Below are positions 29,081-39,609 of a stretch of DNA of 64,000 nt, piece after piece. Every line of letters starts with the position of its first letter. The stretch's first letter is position 1. The notes below the pieces were generated by a model. The model searched no databases, had not been told where the DNA came from, and worked only from the letters and a program-made list of their open reading frames with translations. A program made the position numbers and the translations under genes. The stretch lies in assembly GCA_963663545.1 (NCBI GenBank), contig OY760505.1, forward strand, positions 1,056,001 to 1,120,000. Direction: 5' to 3'. This DNA is from Candidatus Delongbacteria bacterium (lineage in GTDB: Bacteria; CAIWAD01).

Positions 29081-31384
29081 ATGAGATCCTTTCTTCTGAT
29101 CCTACATCTTTTGATCGCCACATCGGCCTGGGCCGGTCGTATCACGGGGTACGTTGAAGATGCGCGCTCCGGCGAGGCCTTGATTGGCGCTAACGTCATT
29201 GTGCAGGATTCGCGACTGGGCGCAGCCACCAACCTGGACGGCTACTTTGTTCTGATGGACCTTCCGCAAGGCACTTACGAACTACTGGCAAGCTATCAAG
29301 GATACCGCAGCGCTAGCGTGCTCGCTGTCATCCTGTCGGAGCAAGACACGCGTGTGGTCCTGAAGCTGGAACCCGCCGTCCTGGAACTAGAAGAACTCAT
29401 TGTATCACACGAAGAGAACGAGCGGGATCTTCAGCAGCAATCGGTGTATGCGGGGCAGGTGCGCCTCGACAAACGCCGGCTTGAAATGGCACCCCCTCTG
29501 CTGGAGCGCGATCTGGTGCGCGCCTTTCTGACGGTCCCTGGTGTATTGCCGACGAACGACTACTCGAGTGAGCTCAATGTTCGTGGCAGCCGAAGTGACG
29601 AGAACCTCTATCTGCTCGATGGAGTCGAGATCTATAACCCGAATCATCTCGGCGGCATCTTCTCCACCTTCATTCCCAGCGCAGTGAAACACGCCGATCT
29701 GTTGCGCTCCGGTTGGCCGGCCAGTTATGGTGGGAGAACCGGCGCCGTACTTGCTGTCGCCATGCGTGAGGGCAACCGTAAGAAGGTTGATGGCGAGCTC
29801 ACATTGGGCGCACTATCCAGCAGTGCCACCTTCAGCGGTCCTCTGCCTGGAATGAAAGGCGCCTCATGGCTGCTATCGGGGCGCCGCAGCTATCTGGATC
29901 TGGTAAGTCGTACACTCAGTGATACAAGCTTCCCCTATTACTTCAGTGATACACAAGGCAGACTGAATTGGGAACCCAGCACAAACGACAGGGTGTCCAT
30001 AAGCGGCTACATCGGACAGGACAATCTTGGTGCCAGCTCCCTTGATATTCGTTTTGGCAATCAGGCAGGAATCATCAACTGGCGCCACATCTGGAATACA
30101 CACATCTATAGCCGCGTCATTCTGTCTCACACGCGCTTTCGCAGCAGATTGGACTTTGGTGGCAAGGAGAATGTGTACCAGGAGAGCCGTCTTCAAGATT
30201 GGTCTGGCAGACTGCAACTGGAGTTCTACCCATTCGAGAGCATTTATCTCGAAGCGGGAACAGGTGTCAAGCAAGTGCGCAATTTCTATGAGTATTGGGT
30301 ACTGGGCGAGCGCGCCTATAACGAGTTGGATCGCATGAATGATCTGCACGCCTATCTAAATGCGAGGTGGCAGCCATTTCGGCGTTGGATCCTTGAACCC
30401 GGGCTCCGTGTATCACGGTTTCAAGAAGGCACTCTCTCTGTGAGACAGCATGCCTTCGTCCGTTGGGATCCACGGTTTGCGGCGAAGTACATCTTGCATG
30501 AAGGACTGCGCCTCAAAGCCTCCTGGGGATGGTATCACCAGGCAATGCAACAGCTCAAACGCGACGGCAGCAGTTTTGACTACGTGTGGTCGCTGATCGA
30601 CGAAAGTGCACCACCGGCATCAGCCGAGCACTTGTCTGCAGGACTTGAATTGGATTTGAGCGACGCGATGACTGCCGAGATTGAGTTGTATCACAAGAAC
30701 ATGCGCGATATTGTGGAAGCGCAGAATCTGGATCAACAAGAAAAGGGGCGCAGTCTCAGCAATCGTGATCGCTTCTGGTATGGACGCGGCGAGTCCTTTG
30801 GTGCTGATCTTATGCTTCAGCGAAATGAGGGTGCGTGGACGGGAAAACTGAGCTACAGCCTGTCTTGGGCTGTGCGGGAGTTTTCAGCAATAAACAATGG
30901 TGATCCATTTTATGCTGCGTACGATGCGCGTCAATCCGCACTGTTGATTCTCGATCGCGCATTTACCCACGATAATGAGAAGCCCTTTCCCTTCAGGTAT
31001 TTGCGTCTGTTCCGCTACAACCGCAGCAATCTCAGTGTGACAGTTCGCTACGCCGATGGTCCCAGGTACACGGAACCTGGAGCCCTGGTCTATCTGGGTA
31101 ATGAGGGTCTAAATCGTGGAGAAAGTGTGATACAAGCCTACGGTGCAAAGAATGCCTCGCAGCTACCGGCTTACTCACGTGTTGACATCGCCTGGACCTG
31201 GATGAAACTGCGCACAAAGTACGAGTTTGAATGCCGCATCGGACTGCTAAACGTGTTTAACAGCCCGAATTACTACAGCATCGACTTTGACGATAGCGAT
31301 CCTGCCAGTGATACGCCTTTGCTGGTCCGCAATCGAGGTGTATCACGACTTCCCAGCCTTGAGCTGACATGGAGGTTCAAATGA
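29081..31384 (+). CDS. TonB-dependent receptor, paralogue of 25704-28004
   Basis: Same architecture; shared blocks FIPSAVKHADLLRSGW, KRDGSSFDYVW, PSLELTWRF. Confidence 0.88.
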   Translation: MRSFLLILHLLIATSAWAGRITGYVEDARSGEALIGANVIVQDSRLGAATNLDGYFVLMDLPQGTYELLASYQGYRSASVLAVILSEQDTRVVLKLEPAVLELEELIVSHEENERDLQQQSVYAGQVRLDKRRLEMAPPLLERDLVRAFLTVPGVLPTNDYSSELNVRGSRSDENLYLLDGVEIYNPNHLGGIFSTFIPSAVKHADLLRSGWPASYGGRTGAVLAVAMREGNRKKVDGELTLGALSSSATFSGPLPGMKGASWLLSGRRSYLDLVSRTLSDTSFPYYFSDTQGRLNWEPSTNDRVSISGYIGQDNLGASSLDIRFGNQAGIINWRHIWNTHIYSRVILSHTRFRSRLDFGGKENVYQESRLQDWSGRLQLEFYPFESIYLEAGTGVKQVRNFYEYWVLGERAYNELDRMNDLHAYLNARWQPFRRWILEPGLRVSRFQEGTLSVRQHAFVRWDPRFAAKYILHEGLRLKASWGWYHQAMQQLKRDGSSFDYVWSLIDESAPPASAEHLSAGLELDLSDAMTAEIELYHKNMRDIVEAQNLDQQEKGRSLSNRDRFWYGRGESFGADLMLQRNEGAWTGKLSYSLSWAVREFSAINNGDPFYAAYDARQSALLILDRAFTHDNEKPFPFRYLRLFRYNRSNLSVTVRYADGPRYTEPGALVYLGNEGLNRGESVIQAYGAKNASQLPAYSRVDIAWTWMKLRTKYEFECRIGLLNVFNSPNYYSIDFDDSDPASDTPLLVRNRGVSRLPSLELTWRFK

Positions 31385-32352
31385 AGAAGAACTACATCCT
31401 CACGCTGGCTCTAACCATGCTGTTGATGCTTGCTGCTTGTGACACACTTCCTGATAACAAGCAGAACGTCGATCAAAAACTGACTTTAATTGCCATGCTT
31501 GAGCCGGGAAGTACTGGATTGCAGAAAGTCCACCTTACTCACCCGGTGTCAATCAACACTGAAGTCAACTACGAGAGCACATGGCAGCCTGGTGCATGGA
31601 TTCAGGTAATGAACACCAATGGTGATACACTCCTGCTGGACGAGGACGATGGCGAGTTCTGCTACATCTTCGACCGCAGCGAGTTTCCACTGCTCGAGGG
31701 AGACAGCGTGGGTGTTCGCGTTGAGGGTGAGTGGAATGATTTCGAATATGTGGCAGAGGCTTGGACGAGTATTGTATCACAGAGTGGTTTCTCATTTGTG
31801 AACCCTCCCTCTGGCGGTAACCTTGACTATCCCGCCGACAGCCTGATGTTCTTCGACGAGGAGCGCGAGAGTAACTTCACCGATGTTACCGCCTTCATGC
31901 TTGATTGGACAGACAACCCGGACGACGGCGTGAGTTATGAGTATCAGATAGAATTCCTTGCCGTATCACCCGGTCCGGATGGAGAATTCATTCGTACACC
32001 AGGAGAACGTCTCTACTGGCTGCGCGACGACAAAGAAGACGCACTACAACCAGCCCCCTACCCGGACATTCGTCTGCTGCCGGGCCCCTACAATGGCCCA
32101 CGTCAGATCAGCTGGTATTACTTCATTTTCGTGGACGGGCAATTGTATCACGAAGAAACGCATATGGGTTACAATCGTATTAGTGTACGACGCATAAATC
32201 ACAGCGCTTCACGATTTTACGCCACAACACATATGTGGAATCGGGATTTCGATACAGACCCTGTTGAGTTCAACCTGCTAGGCGCGGGCATCCAGGGAGT
32301 AGTGGGAAGCAGTACCAGTATCCACTTACGACTGGCCATCGTGGACGACTAA
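31381..32352 (+). CDS. Lipoprotein partner, paralogue of 28004-28966
   Basis: ATGA overlap; lipobox LAAC; shared LMFFDEE, WLRDD, MGY motifs. Confidence 0.7.
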   Translation: MKKNYILTLALTMLLMLAACDTLPDNKQNVDQKLTLIAMLEPGSTGLQKVHLTHPVSINTEVNYESTWQPGAWIQVMNTNGDTLLLDEDDGEFCYIFDRSEFPLLEGDSVGVRVEGEWNDFEYVAEAWTSIVSQSGFSFVNPPSGGNLDYPADSLMFFDEERESNFTDVTAFMLDWTDNPDDGVSYEYQIEFLAVSPGPDGEFIRTPGERLYWLRDDKEDALQPAPYPDIRLLPGPYNGPRQISWYYFIFVDGQLYHEETHMGYNRISVRRINHSASRFYATTHMWNRDFDTDPVEFNLLGAGIQGVVGSSTSIHLRLAIVDD

Positions 32353-32354
32353 AC

Positions 32355-32386
32355 AAAAGGGGCCGCTTTCGCGGCCCCCACTTTTT
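32355..32386. terminator. Bidirectional terminator between convergent genes
   Basis: AAAA-GGGGCCGC-TTTC-GCGGCCCC-A-CTTTTT. Confidence 0.7.
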
Positions 32387-32401
32387 CGTGTCACACAGTC
32401 A

Positions 32402-33568
32402 CTAGAATTTGATTTCAAACGTGACTTCAAACTTGGTACGAGTGTACTCCAAGGTGGTTGTACCTGCGTCGTTCTCCTTGTTCTCCATGGTCAGACGCAA
32501 TGTAGGACGCACATGGAAGCTGCCCATCTCACTCTTGTAAGGCACCCAGTTGTAGTGCAGCCACAGGTAATGAACGGTGTGCAGATCGGCATCGGTCCAA
32601 TCGATGCTGGTGTAATCGTACCACAGCAGAATGGCATCCTTGCCCTGGCGCATGGGCAGATTGTAGCGCAGACGCCCCAGCATACCCGTGTACTCACCGA
32701 TGCTTGTCGAATTGTTGTCCGCTTCATTGTTCATAGTATAGAAGAAGCCAGCATCGATCTTGCCTGGACCTGCCGGAATTCCATACGCATTCACACCAAG
32801 CGTCAAAGGCTGTGGCACATAGTCATCGGCCATGGCATAGAACAGCGCCGGTGATACAGTGATCTTATCCATCAGCTTGATGGAGTAATCCAGTGTGATG
32901 GTGTAACCATCAGCTGTATCCAGATCGTTTGAGACGGACGTGGTATCATTGTACACCGTCTCAAACTCATTGGCGTTCAAGTTGTCATCGTCAACAAGCA
33001 CTCGCATACCCAGTTTACCCGGACCGATCTTGTTGTAATAAGCAAAGCCAAAAGCGGCGTCGTTGCTCCAGATGTAGAAGGGAAACTCGCCCGGTTTGTG
33101 CGGATAGTAGTGCAGGTCGAAGCCCGGATTGTTGTAGGAATCCAGCGGCAGCAGACCCATTGCAAAACCCCACCCCTCACGCTTCATGCCGAAGTAGTTG
33201 AGCATCCACGACACATCCTGGCGAATGCTGTTGTCTGCAGCTCCGTCTGCAGGGGCGTTGCCGGTGTTGGCCCTGGGCAGCTGCGCCAAGGCGTTGACAC
33301 CCATGCTTCCCTTCCAGAACCAGCCATTGCCGATTTGCGCGTCTGCATGCAGCCTGGCACGCCAGATGTAGTAATAGTCGGTCTTCGCCTTGGTTTTGGT
33401 AGCGATTGTATCACCGTCTACCACGGACTGAACCGTCTTCGGATAGTCGCCCCAATCCATCATGTCCATACGCGGACGAAATCGTGCATCACCCGAGAAG
33501 GTGATGGATGCCAGTACGGGCCCCGCTACCAGCAGAGCCATCAAGCAAGAAGCGAGCAGTTTCTTCAT
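32402..33568 (-). CDS. Outer-membrane porin-like beta-barrel protein
   Basis: Signal peptide MKKLLAS; FSGDARFR first strand; C-terminal FEIKF. Confidence 0.7.
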   Translation of the reverse strand: MKKLLASCLMALLVAGPVLASITFSGDARFRPRMDMMDWGDYPKTVQSVVDGDTIATKTKAKTDYYYIWRARLHADAQIGNGWFWKGSMGVNALAQLPRANTGNAPADGAADNSIRQDVSWMLNYFGMKREGWGFAMGLLPLDSYNNPGFDLHYYPHKPGEFPFYIWSNDAAFGFAYYNKIGPGKLGMRVLVDDDNLNANEFETVYNDTTSVSNDLDTADGYTITLDYSIKLMDKITVSPALFYAMADDYVPQPLTLGVNAYGIPAGPGKIDAGFFYTMNNEADNNSTSIGEYTGMLGRLRYNLPMRQGKDAILLWYDYTSIDWTDADLHTVHYLWLHYNWVPYKSEMGSFHVRPTLRLTMENKENDAGTTTLEYTRTKFEVTFEIKF

Positions 33569-33687
33569 GATTCTTCCTTCCATACGTGGATTGATCCATT
33601 CCTATCGGCATTCTCAGTGCAGGTATTCAGAGCGTTGAGAGCAGCAAGAGCCCGGTTTCCCCGGGCTCTTGTGGTGATACGTCAGAA

Positions 33688-34626
33688 TCAGCGACTGCCT
33701 TCGCGCAGGTAACGATAGAAATCGCCCTCGGTAGAGAGGATGAGGGCGGAATTCGCGTCGAAAGTGCTCAGGTAGGTTTCCATCGTTTTGAGGAAAGCAT
33801 AGAACTCACGCGACTGGGAGCTTTGATTGTAGGCACGAGCGTAGATCTGCGTGGCCTCTGCGTCGGCACGACCAATGATTTCCTGCGCGCGGCGATAAGC
33901 GTCCGACTGGATCTGCTTCAGCTCGCGCTCGCGCTCACCGGCAATTTTGAACGCCTCACCCTGGCCTTCGGAACGATAGCGGCTGGCAATGCGCTGACGC
34001 TCGGAAATCATGCGATCGAACACTTTGCGCTGCACTTCGCGCACATAAATGATGCGTTTAAAGCGGAAGTCCATCACCTCTATACCCAGATCATCACAAC
34101 GCTCCTGAGCATCCTTTAGGATCTCGGCGGAAATGGCCAGACGGCCCACTTCGATATCCTGATTGAGCTCGCCCGTATCCGCCTCGATCTCCTCACCCGC
34201 AGGGTACTCACGGTTGACGGAGCGCACAATCTCTACCAGTGGGTGCGCGGCAATTGCAGTACGCGTCTCACCGTCCAGAATGTCATCCAGCCTGGATTGG
34301 GCACCGTTCTCGTCACGCAGACGTTGGAAGAAACGCAGCGGATCTGTGATACGCCACCGTGCATAAGTGTCGATCCAGATGAAACGCTTGTCGCTGGTGG
34401 GCACTTCGTTTGGATCACCATCCCACTCCAGATAGCGCTTGTCGAAATAGTGTGTCACCTGAATGAAGGGCAGTTTGAAGTGAATGCCCGCATCGGTAAT
34501 TGCGTTGCCCACCGGCTTGCCGAACTGGGTAATGATCACCTGCTCACGCTCGTCCACTAAAAAAGCGGCTTGCCACAAGGAAAAAAGGCCAACGGCGATC
34601 AAGGCGATTAGTGCGGACTTCTTCAT
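33688..34626 (-). CDS. hflC: FtsH protease modulator HflC
   Basis: N-terminal TM, QFGKP, SPFH domain, RMISER, EFYAFLKTMETY. Confidence 0.92.
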   Translation of the reverse strand: MKKSALIALIAVGLFSLWQAAFLVDEREQVIITQFGKPVGNAITDAGIHFKLPFIQVTHYFDKRYLEWDGDPNEVPTSDKRFIWIDTYARWRITDPLRFFQRLRDENGAQSRLDDILDGETRTAIAAHPLVEIVRSVNREYPAGEEIEADTGELNQDIEVGRLAISAEILKDAQERCDDLGIEVMDFRFKRIIYVREVQRKVFDRMISERQRIASRYRSEGQGEAFKIAGERERELKQIQSDAYRRAQEIIGRADAEATQIYARAYNQSSQSREFYAFLKTMETYLSTFDANSALILSTEGDFYRYLREGSR

Positions 34627-35618
34627 TTTCCACCTCCCTTGCCACCGATCTGCAGGCCGTCTTCGCCAAAGAGCATGAGCGGTAACACACCGCTGGCACC
34701 TTCATCCATGATCACTTTGCGGCCACTGGTATTCAGCACCTGCGCCATTGTCTCCAGATAAATGCGGCGACGTGTCACTTCAGGCGCCTTGGCATACTCG
34801 GTGAAGACCGAGTTGAACTTGGCCGCCTCACCTTTGGCGCGATTGACGCGATCGGTGGCGTAGCCTTCGGCCTGCTGCACCGTCTGCTCCGCTTCACCGC
34901 GTGCACGCGGAATGACCTGATTGTACTCGGCGCGGGCTTGGTTGATCAGACGCTCGCGTTCTTGCTGAGCCTCGTTGACCTCGTTGAAGGCGGGTTTCAC
35001 CGGATCAGGCGGGTTGACATCCTGTAACACAACCTGCTCGATACGAATGCCGTTTTCGTACTGGGTGCACAGATCCTGCAAATCCACCTTGACCTTGGCC
35101 GAGATTTCCTGACGGCCAAAGGTCAGGACTTCATTCACGCTGCGGTCGCCGATGACCTGACGCATCACAGCCTCGGTCATGTGACGCAGCGTCTGCTCAG
35201 GCTGGACCATCTTGAAAAGGAAGTTGTAGGGATCCTGGATGCGATACTGAACGATCCACTCAACGCTGGCCAGGTTCAGGTCGCCGGTCATCATCAGGCT
35301 CTCGTTACTGTAATCGCCGCTCTCATAGCGAGTACGCACAGCGGCGCGCGCTGTACGGAAACCGAATTCCTCCTTGAGCTGACGCTCAACGGGAACCTTG
35401 ATGACACGCTCTACGCCAAAGGGAATCTTGAAGTGAAGACCCGACGGCATGGAGCGCGAATAGGCTCCAAATCGTAACACAACACCGGCTTCCTCCGGGC
35501 CAATAGTGACCCAGGATGTGAAGCCGAGAATCAGAATCAGTAACAGCGCGGTTACCGACCCAACCGTGGCGCGAAGTTGATGCGGCTTCACTTCACGGTT
35601 ATTGAATTTGACATCCAC
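34623..35618 (-). CDS. hflK: FtsH protease modulator HflK
   Basis: GVVLRFG, MMTGDLN, LQDVNPP, AFNEVNEA, APEVTRRRIYLETM. Confidence 0.92.
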   Translation of the reverse strand: MDVKFNNREVKPHQLRATVGSVTALLLILILGFTSWVTIGPEEAGVVLRFGAYSRSMPSGLHFKIPFGVERVIKVPVERQLKEEFGFRTARAAVRTRYESGDYSNESLMMTGDLNLASVEWIVQYRIQDPYNFLFKMVQPEQTLRHMTEAVMRQVIGDRSVNEVLTFGRQEISAKVKVDLQDLCTQYENGIRIEQVVLQDVNPPDPVKPAFNEVNEAQQERERLINQARAEYNQVIPRARGEAEQTVQQAEGYATDRVNRAKGEAAKFNSVFTEYAKAPEVTRRRIYLETMAQVLNTSGRKVIMDEGASGVLPLMLFGEDGLQIGGKGGGK

Positions 35619-35813
35619 CTTACTGCTCCTTCTCGTCTGGAGTGAATGATATGTGTGGTGACACAGGTCAAGCTAGCAAATCACTGAGTATCACAAGACT
35701 ATTTTACACCCGTATCAGGAAGTACAACCGGCTTCACCAGTGGCGATTCCAGCTTCGAAATCCCTTATAGCGTGTATCACAACATCACACCGAGTCTCGC
35801 CTGGATCGAGTAC

Positions 35814-35848
35814 TGCAGAGGGCGGCAAGATGCCACCCTCTGCAAAAA
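35814..35848 (-). terminator. Probable terminator of the dehydrogenase operon
   Basis: TGCAGAGGG...CCCTCTGCA inverted repeat with an adjacent A run. Confidence 0.5.
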
Positions 35849-35922
35849 TCTGGATTTCATTCATGAATCACGGCAAGACTCGAGATAGCTAATGCCTCCG
35901 GAGACATCGCAGCTGCACATCG

Positions 35923-37284
35923 CTACTTGTGAATCGGTGTCTCCAATGCGTCCATGCCCGCCTCCCAGAACGCCTCACTCAAGGTTGGATGCGCGTGCAC
36001 GATCTGCGCCATCTCTTCCAGCGTTGCCTCCAGCTTTAGATAAGCAGCTGCCTCGGCAATGAGATCTGTTGCATTCTCTGCGACAATGTGCACGCCCAAC
36101 ACTTCTCCATAACGACGCTCGGCGACGACCTTAACAAAGCCATCACTGTTGCCCTCGCTAAGCGCCTTGCCGTTTGCCGTCAGCGGAAACTCGCCAACGC
36201 GTACATCGTGCCCTTGTGTCACAGCCTCCTCTTCGGTGAGACCAACAGCGGCTACTTCCGGTACGAGATAGATGTTCAACGGCACGTGATCATGCACAAG
36301 CGGCGCTTCTATACCCGCCATGTGATTCACAGCAGCAGTTCCTTGCGCCGCCGCCGACTGCGCCCAAAGTGTTCCAGTGACATCACCCACAGCGTACACT
36401 CCGGCCAGACTGGTGCGACCAAAGCCGTCCACCTTGAGGAAGCCACGTGTGTCCAGCTGCAATCCACGCCCCTCCCATGCGGGAAGCGTTGGAATGCGAT
36501 CAGCACAATTGACCACAGCTGTTCCAGCAAGTGCTTCCGAGCCAACGAAGTACTGCTCGCCCTCGCGACGCAGCGATTCCATGCTGTGTATCACGTGGAC
36601 ACGTAGCTTCTTCATGCGCTGTGACACGAATTCCTTCAGGCTCGCATCAAGGAAAGAAAGCAGCTCTGCTTGAGGTGTCACCATCTCTACATCATAACCG
36701 GCAAGGGTTAGCATTGAAGCCGTTTCGCACGCCGGTCCGCCACCACCCAATACAATCATCTTTTGCGGTAGCTCTTTGCGAGAATAGAATTCAGGCAACG
36801 TCCACCACTGGTCACGCTCTAGTTTCGCAGTCTGCGCAGGATCGGGAATCGCCCCCGTAGCCACCAACAAGTGGCGGCAGCCGAACTCATCCGTCTTTTC
36901 ACCTGTGACACGAACACGCGTGGGCCCAAGAACAGCGGCCTCTCCCTGTATCACGGTCACCTTGTTCTTCTTCATCAGGAAGCCAACTCCGCCTACCAGC
37001 TTGCGGACGATACGATCTTTACGCGCTACCGCTTTGCCCCAGTTGAAACTCAGGGCACTCTTGTCGATGCCGTCAACGCCAAAGGTGCCAGCTTCCAACA
37101 CACGTTGATAAGTACGGGCGCTTTCGGTCATGCATTTACTGGGAATGCAGCCCCAGTTCAAACATTGGCCGCCCAGATTTCGCCGTTCTACAAGTGCCAC
37201 TTTCAGACCCAATTGGCCTGCACGAATAGCGGCGACATAGCCGCCAGGGCCGCCGCCGATGATGATCAGATCAAACTGCTCCAC
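35923..37284 (-). CDS. lpdA: Dihydrolipoamide dehydrogenase (E3)
   Basis: GGGPGGYVAA, GGQCLNWGCIPSK redox disulfide, HAHPTLSE. Confidence 0.92.
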   Translation of the reverse strand: MEQFDLIIIGGGPGGYVAAIRAGQLGLKVALVERRNLGGQCLNWGCIPSKCMTESARTYQRVLEAGTFGVDGIDKSALSFNWGKAVARKDRIVRKLVGGVGFLMKKNKVTVIQGEAAVLGPTRVRVTGEKTDEFGCRHLLVATGAIPDPAQTAKLERDQWWTLPEFYSRKELPQKMIVLGGGGPACETASMLTLAGYDVEMVTPQAELLSFLDASLKEFVSQRMKKLRVHVIHSMESLRREGEQYFVGSEALAGTAVVNCADRIPTLPAWEGRGLQLDTRGFLKVDGFGRTSLAGVYAVGDVTGTLWAQSAAAQGTAAVNHMAGIEAPLVHDHVPLNIYLVPEVAAVGLTEEEAVTQGHDVRVGEFPLTANGKALSEGNSDGFVKVVAERRYGEVLGVHIVAENATDLIAEAAAYLKLEATLEEMAQIVHAHPTLSEAFWEAGMDALETPIHK

Positions 37285-37308
37285 GCTTTCCTCCAGGGAT
37301 TCCCGCCA

Positions 37309-38616
37309 CTAATCGAGGAACATGCTCATCGGATCCGCCAGTAGCTGCATGACTTCCCGCAGGAAGCGTGATGCATCACCACCGTCGATGATACGATGAT
37401 CAATAGCCAGGGACAAAGGCAGAACCTTGCCGGCAACGACCTCACCGTCCTTCACTACAGCCTGGTCGAGTATTCGTCCTACACCTAAAATGGCCGACTC
37501 AGGCGCGTTGATGATGGGAGCGCCGTAAATACCTGCAATGGCACCGTAGTTGGTGATACTGAATGTCCCACCGCGCAATTCATCCAGTGTGATACGTCGT
37601 TCCCTTGCGCGTGCTGCCAGATCCTGAATGGCCAACGCCAGTTCACGAATCGACAGTTGATCTGCACCGCGTATCACGGGAACGATCAAGCCATCAGGAG
37701 TGTCAACGGCAACACCAAGATTGACGTAGTTGTGATACACTACTTTTCCGCCGTCCAGATCCAGCCGGCAGTTGAGTACCGGATGACGTCGCAAAGCGGT
37801 TGCAATAGCCTTGGCGATGAAAGGCATGTAGGAAAGCCGAATTCCCATTTGGGCATAGCGTTCGCGCTGGTCGTTGCGCAATTGTACCAGGCGTGAGATT
37901 TCCACTTCCTCGAATGTAGTGGCATGTGGAATCGTGGTCTTGGCTGCAAGCATGCGAGCTGCAATTGTCTTGCGCAACTGGCTGAGCGGCTGTTCCTCAA
38001 TGCCGCCCTGCTGAACAGGTCGTGGTGAATAAACTGGCATCTGCTGAGCGGACTGCTGCGAAGCAGAGGCAGCTGGCGCTTCGATTCTTGTAGCACTCGC
38101 AGCCAAACGCTGGACATCATCCTTTGTAACACGACCACCGGGACCCGTGCCTTGTGCCTGATTGATGTCCACGCGCAGATCCCGGGCCAACTTGCGGGCG
38201 ACCGGAGTCGCTTTCACCTTTTTACTGCTATTCACTGCACTGTTACGGCCTTCTTTGCCTGCCGGCATCACATCATTTCCGGTTGCCACCTCAATGTTGC
38301 CAACAACTCCGAAACCCGGCTCCACAACCTCTGTGCTCTCCGCAGCGGAAGCTTCATCGGCTTGGTTTGTATCACCGCTACCATCATCGATTTCAACAAA
38401 CGTATCACCAACATTGATCACTTGATCAACCTTGCCATGCAGCCGCAGGATTTTCCCACCTCGCGGGCTGGGAATGTCGGCGACCACCTTATCCGTTTCC
38501 ACCTTGGCTAGCGGGTCATTCTCATTGATGGTCTGTCCTTCTGTGACGTACCACTCAAGCAGCTTTCCTTCGCTCAGACCTTCGCCCAGATCGGGGAATT
38601 TGAATATGAATGCCAT
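37309..38616 (-). CDS. pdhC: Dihydrolipoamide acyltransferase (E2)
   Basis: Lipoyl domain ETDKV, E3-binding ATPVARKLA...GTGPGGRV, catalytic DHRIIDG. Confidence 0.88.
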   Translation of the reverse strand: MAFIFKFPDLGEGLSEGKLLEWYVTEGQTINENDPLAKVETDKVVADIPSPRGGKILRLHGKVDQVINVGDTFVEIDDGSGDTNQADEASAAESTEVVEPGFGVVGNIEVATGNDVMPAGKEGRNSAVNSSKKVKATPVARKLARDLRVDINQAQGTGPGGRVTKDDVQRLAASATRIEAPAASASQQSAQQMPVYSPRPVQQGGIEEQPLSQLRKTIAARMLAAKTTIPHATTFEEVEISRLVQLRNDQRERYAQMGIRLSYMPFIAKAIATALRRHPVLNCRLDLDGGKVVYHNYVNLGVAVDTPDGLIVPVIRGADQLSIRELALAIQDLAARARERRITLDELRGGTFSITNYGAIAGIYGAPIINAPESAILGVGRILDQAVVKDGEVVAGKVLPLSLAIDHRIIDGGDASRFLREVMQLLADPMSMFLD

Positions 38617-38631
38617 GGTTCTCCTCTTCCG

Positions 38632-39609
38632 CTAGAAGCGCGCCGTTTCCAGAACGCCGTGCAGCATGCGCTCCGCCGTGGGCAGGTAGTCGTTTTCGCC
38701 TAGTGGCAATGGCATGATAGTATCAAAACCAGTGATACGCTTCGGAGGAGCCTCCAACGAAAGTAGAGCCTGCTCGCTGACTCGTGTCACAAGTTCTGCT
38801 GCCACGCCAAAGCTCTGCGGACCTTCGTGGATGGCGACAAAACGCCCCGTCTTCTCCACAGATTCAACAATGGTTTCAGTATCAAGCGGATAGATACTAC
38901 GCAAGTCTATCAGCTCAACCGAGACACCCTGCTGCTGCGCCATCTCCACCATTTGTCTAGCCGGCCGCATCATTGCACCATAAGCGACGACAGTAACATC
39001 ACTGCCCTCTTGTATCACAGAAGCCTTTCCTAACGGAATGCGATACTCCTCTTCAGGCACTTCCTGACGAAAGGCGCGATAGACCTTCTTTGGCTCCATG
39101 AAGACGACAGGGTCATCACTCTCAATTGCGCTTAGCAGCAGTCCTTTAGCGTCATAAGGCGTCGAAGGTATCACGACCTTCAATCCAGGCACGTGAGCAA
39201 AAAGCGCTTCCATGCTCTCGCTGTGCAGCTCCAGCGCCTGAATGCCGCCGCCATAAGGCATGCGAATGGTGATTGGCGTCGTAAAGCGTCCACGGGAACG
39301 GTTTCGCATACGTGCTACATGTGTTACAAGCTGGTTGAAGGCCGGGTAGATGAAACCGGAGAATTGGATTTCAACAATGGGTCGCAATCCTGCGACTGCC
39401 ATCCCCACCGCTGCTCCCATCATGACGCTCTCGGCCAGGGGAGTATCGAACACACGCTGCTCGCCGTACTTCTGCTGCAAGCCCTGTGTTACACGAAAAA
39501 CACCGCCCTCGTAGCCGGCATCTTCACCGAAGAGCAACACGTCTGGATCCTGCTCCAGCTTGTGATCCAGTGCCGAATTGATGGCCTGTACCAGATTCAT
39601 CGCAGACAT
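38632..39609 (-). CDS. pdhB: 2-oxoacid (pyruvate or branched-chain) dehydrogenase E1 beta
   Basis: GEDAG..GGVFRVT, DTPLAE, EIQF, HSES, DLRSIYPLD. Confidence 0.85.
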   Translation of the reverse strand: MSAMNLVQAINSALDHKLEQDPDVLLFGEDAGYEGGVFRVTQGLQQKYGEQRVFDTPLAESVMMGAAVGMAVAGLRPIVEIQFSGFIYPAFNQLVTHVARMRNRSRGRFTTPITIRMPYGGGIQALELHSESMEALFAHVPGLKVVIPSTPYDAKGLLLSAIESDDPVVFMEPKKVYRAFRQEVPEEEYRIPLGKASVIQEGSDVTVVAYGAMMRPARQMVEMAQQQGVSVELIDLRSIYPLDTETIVESVEKTGRFVAIHEGPQSFGVAAELVTRVSEQALLSLEAPPKRITGFDTIMPLPLGENDYLPTAERMLHGVLETARF

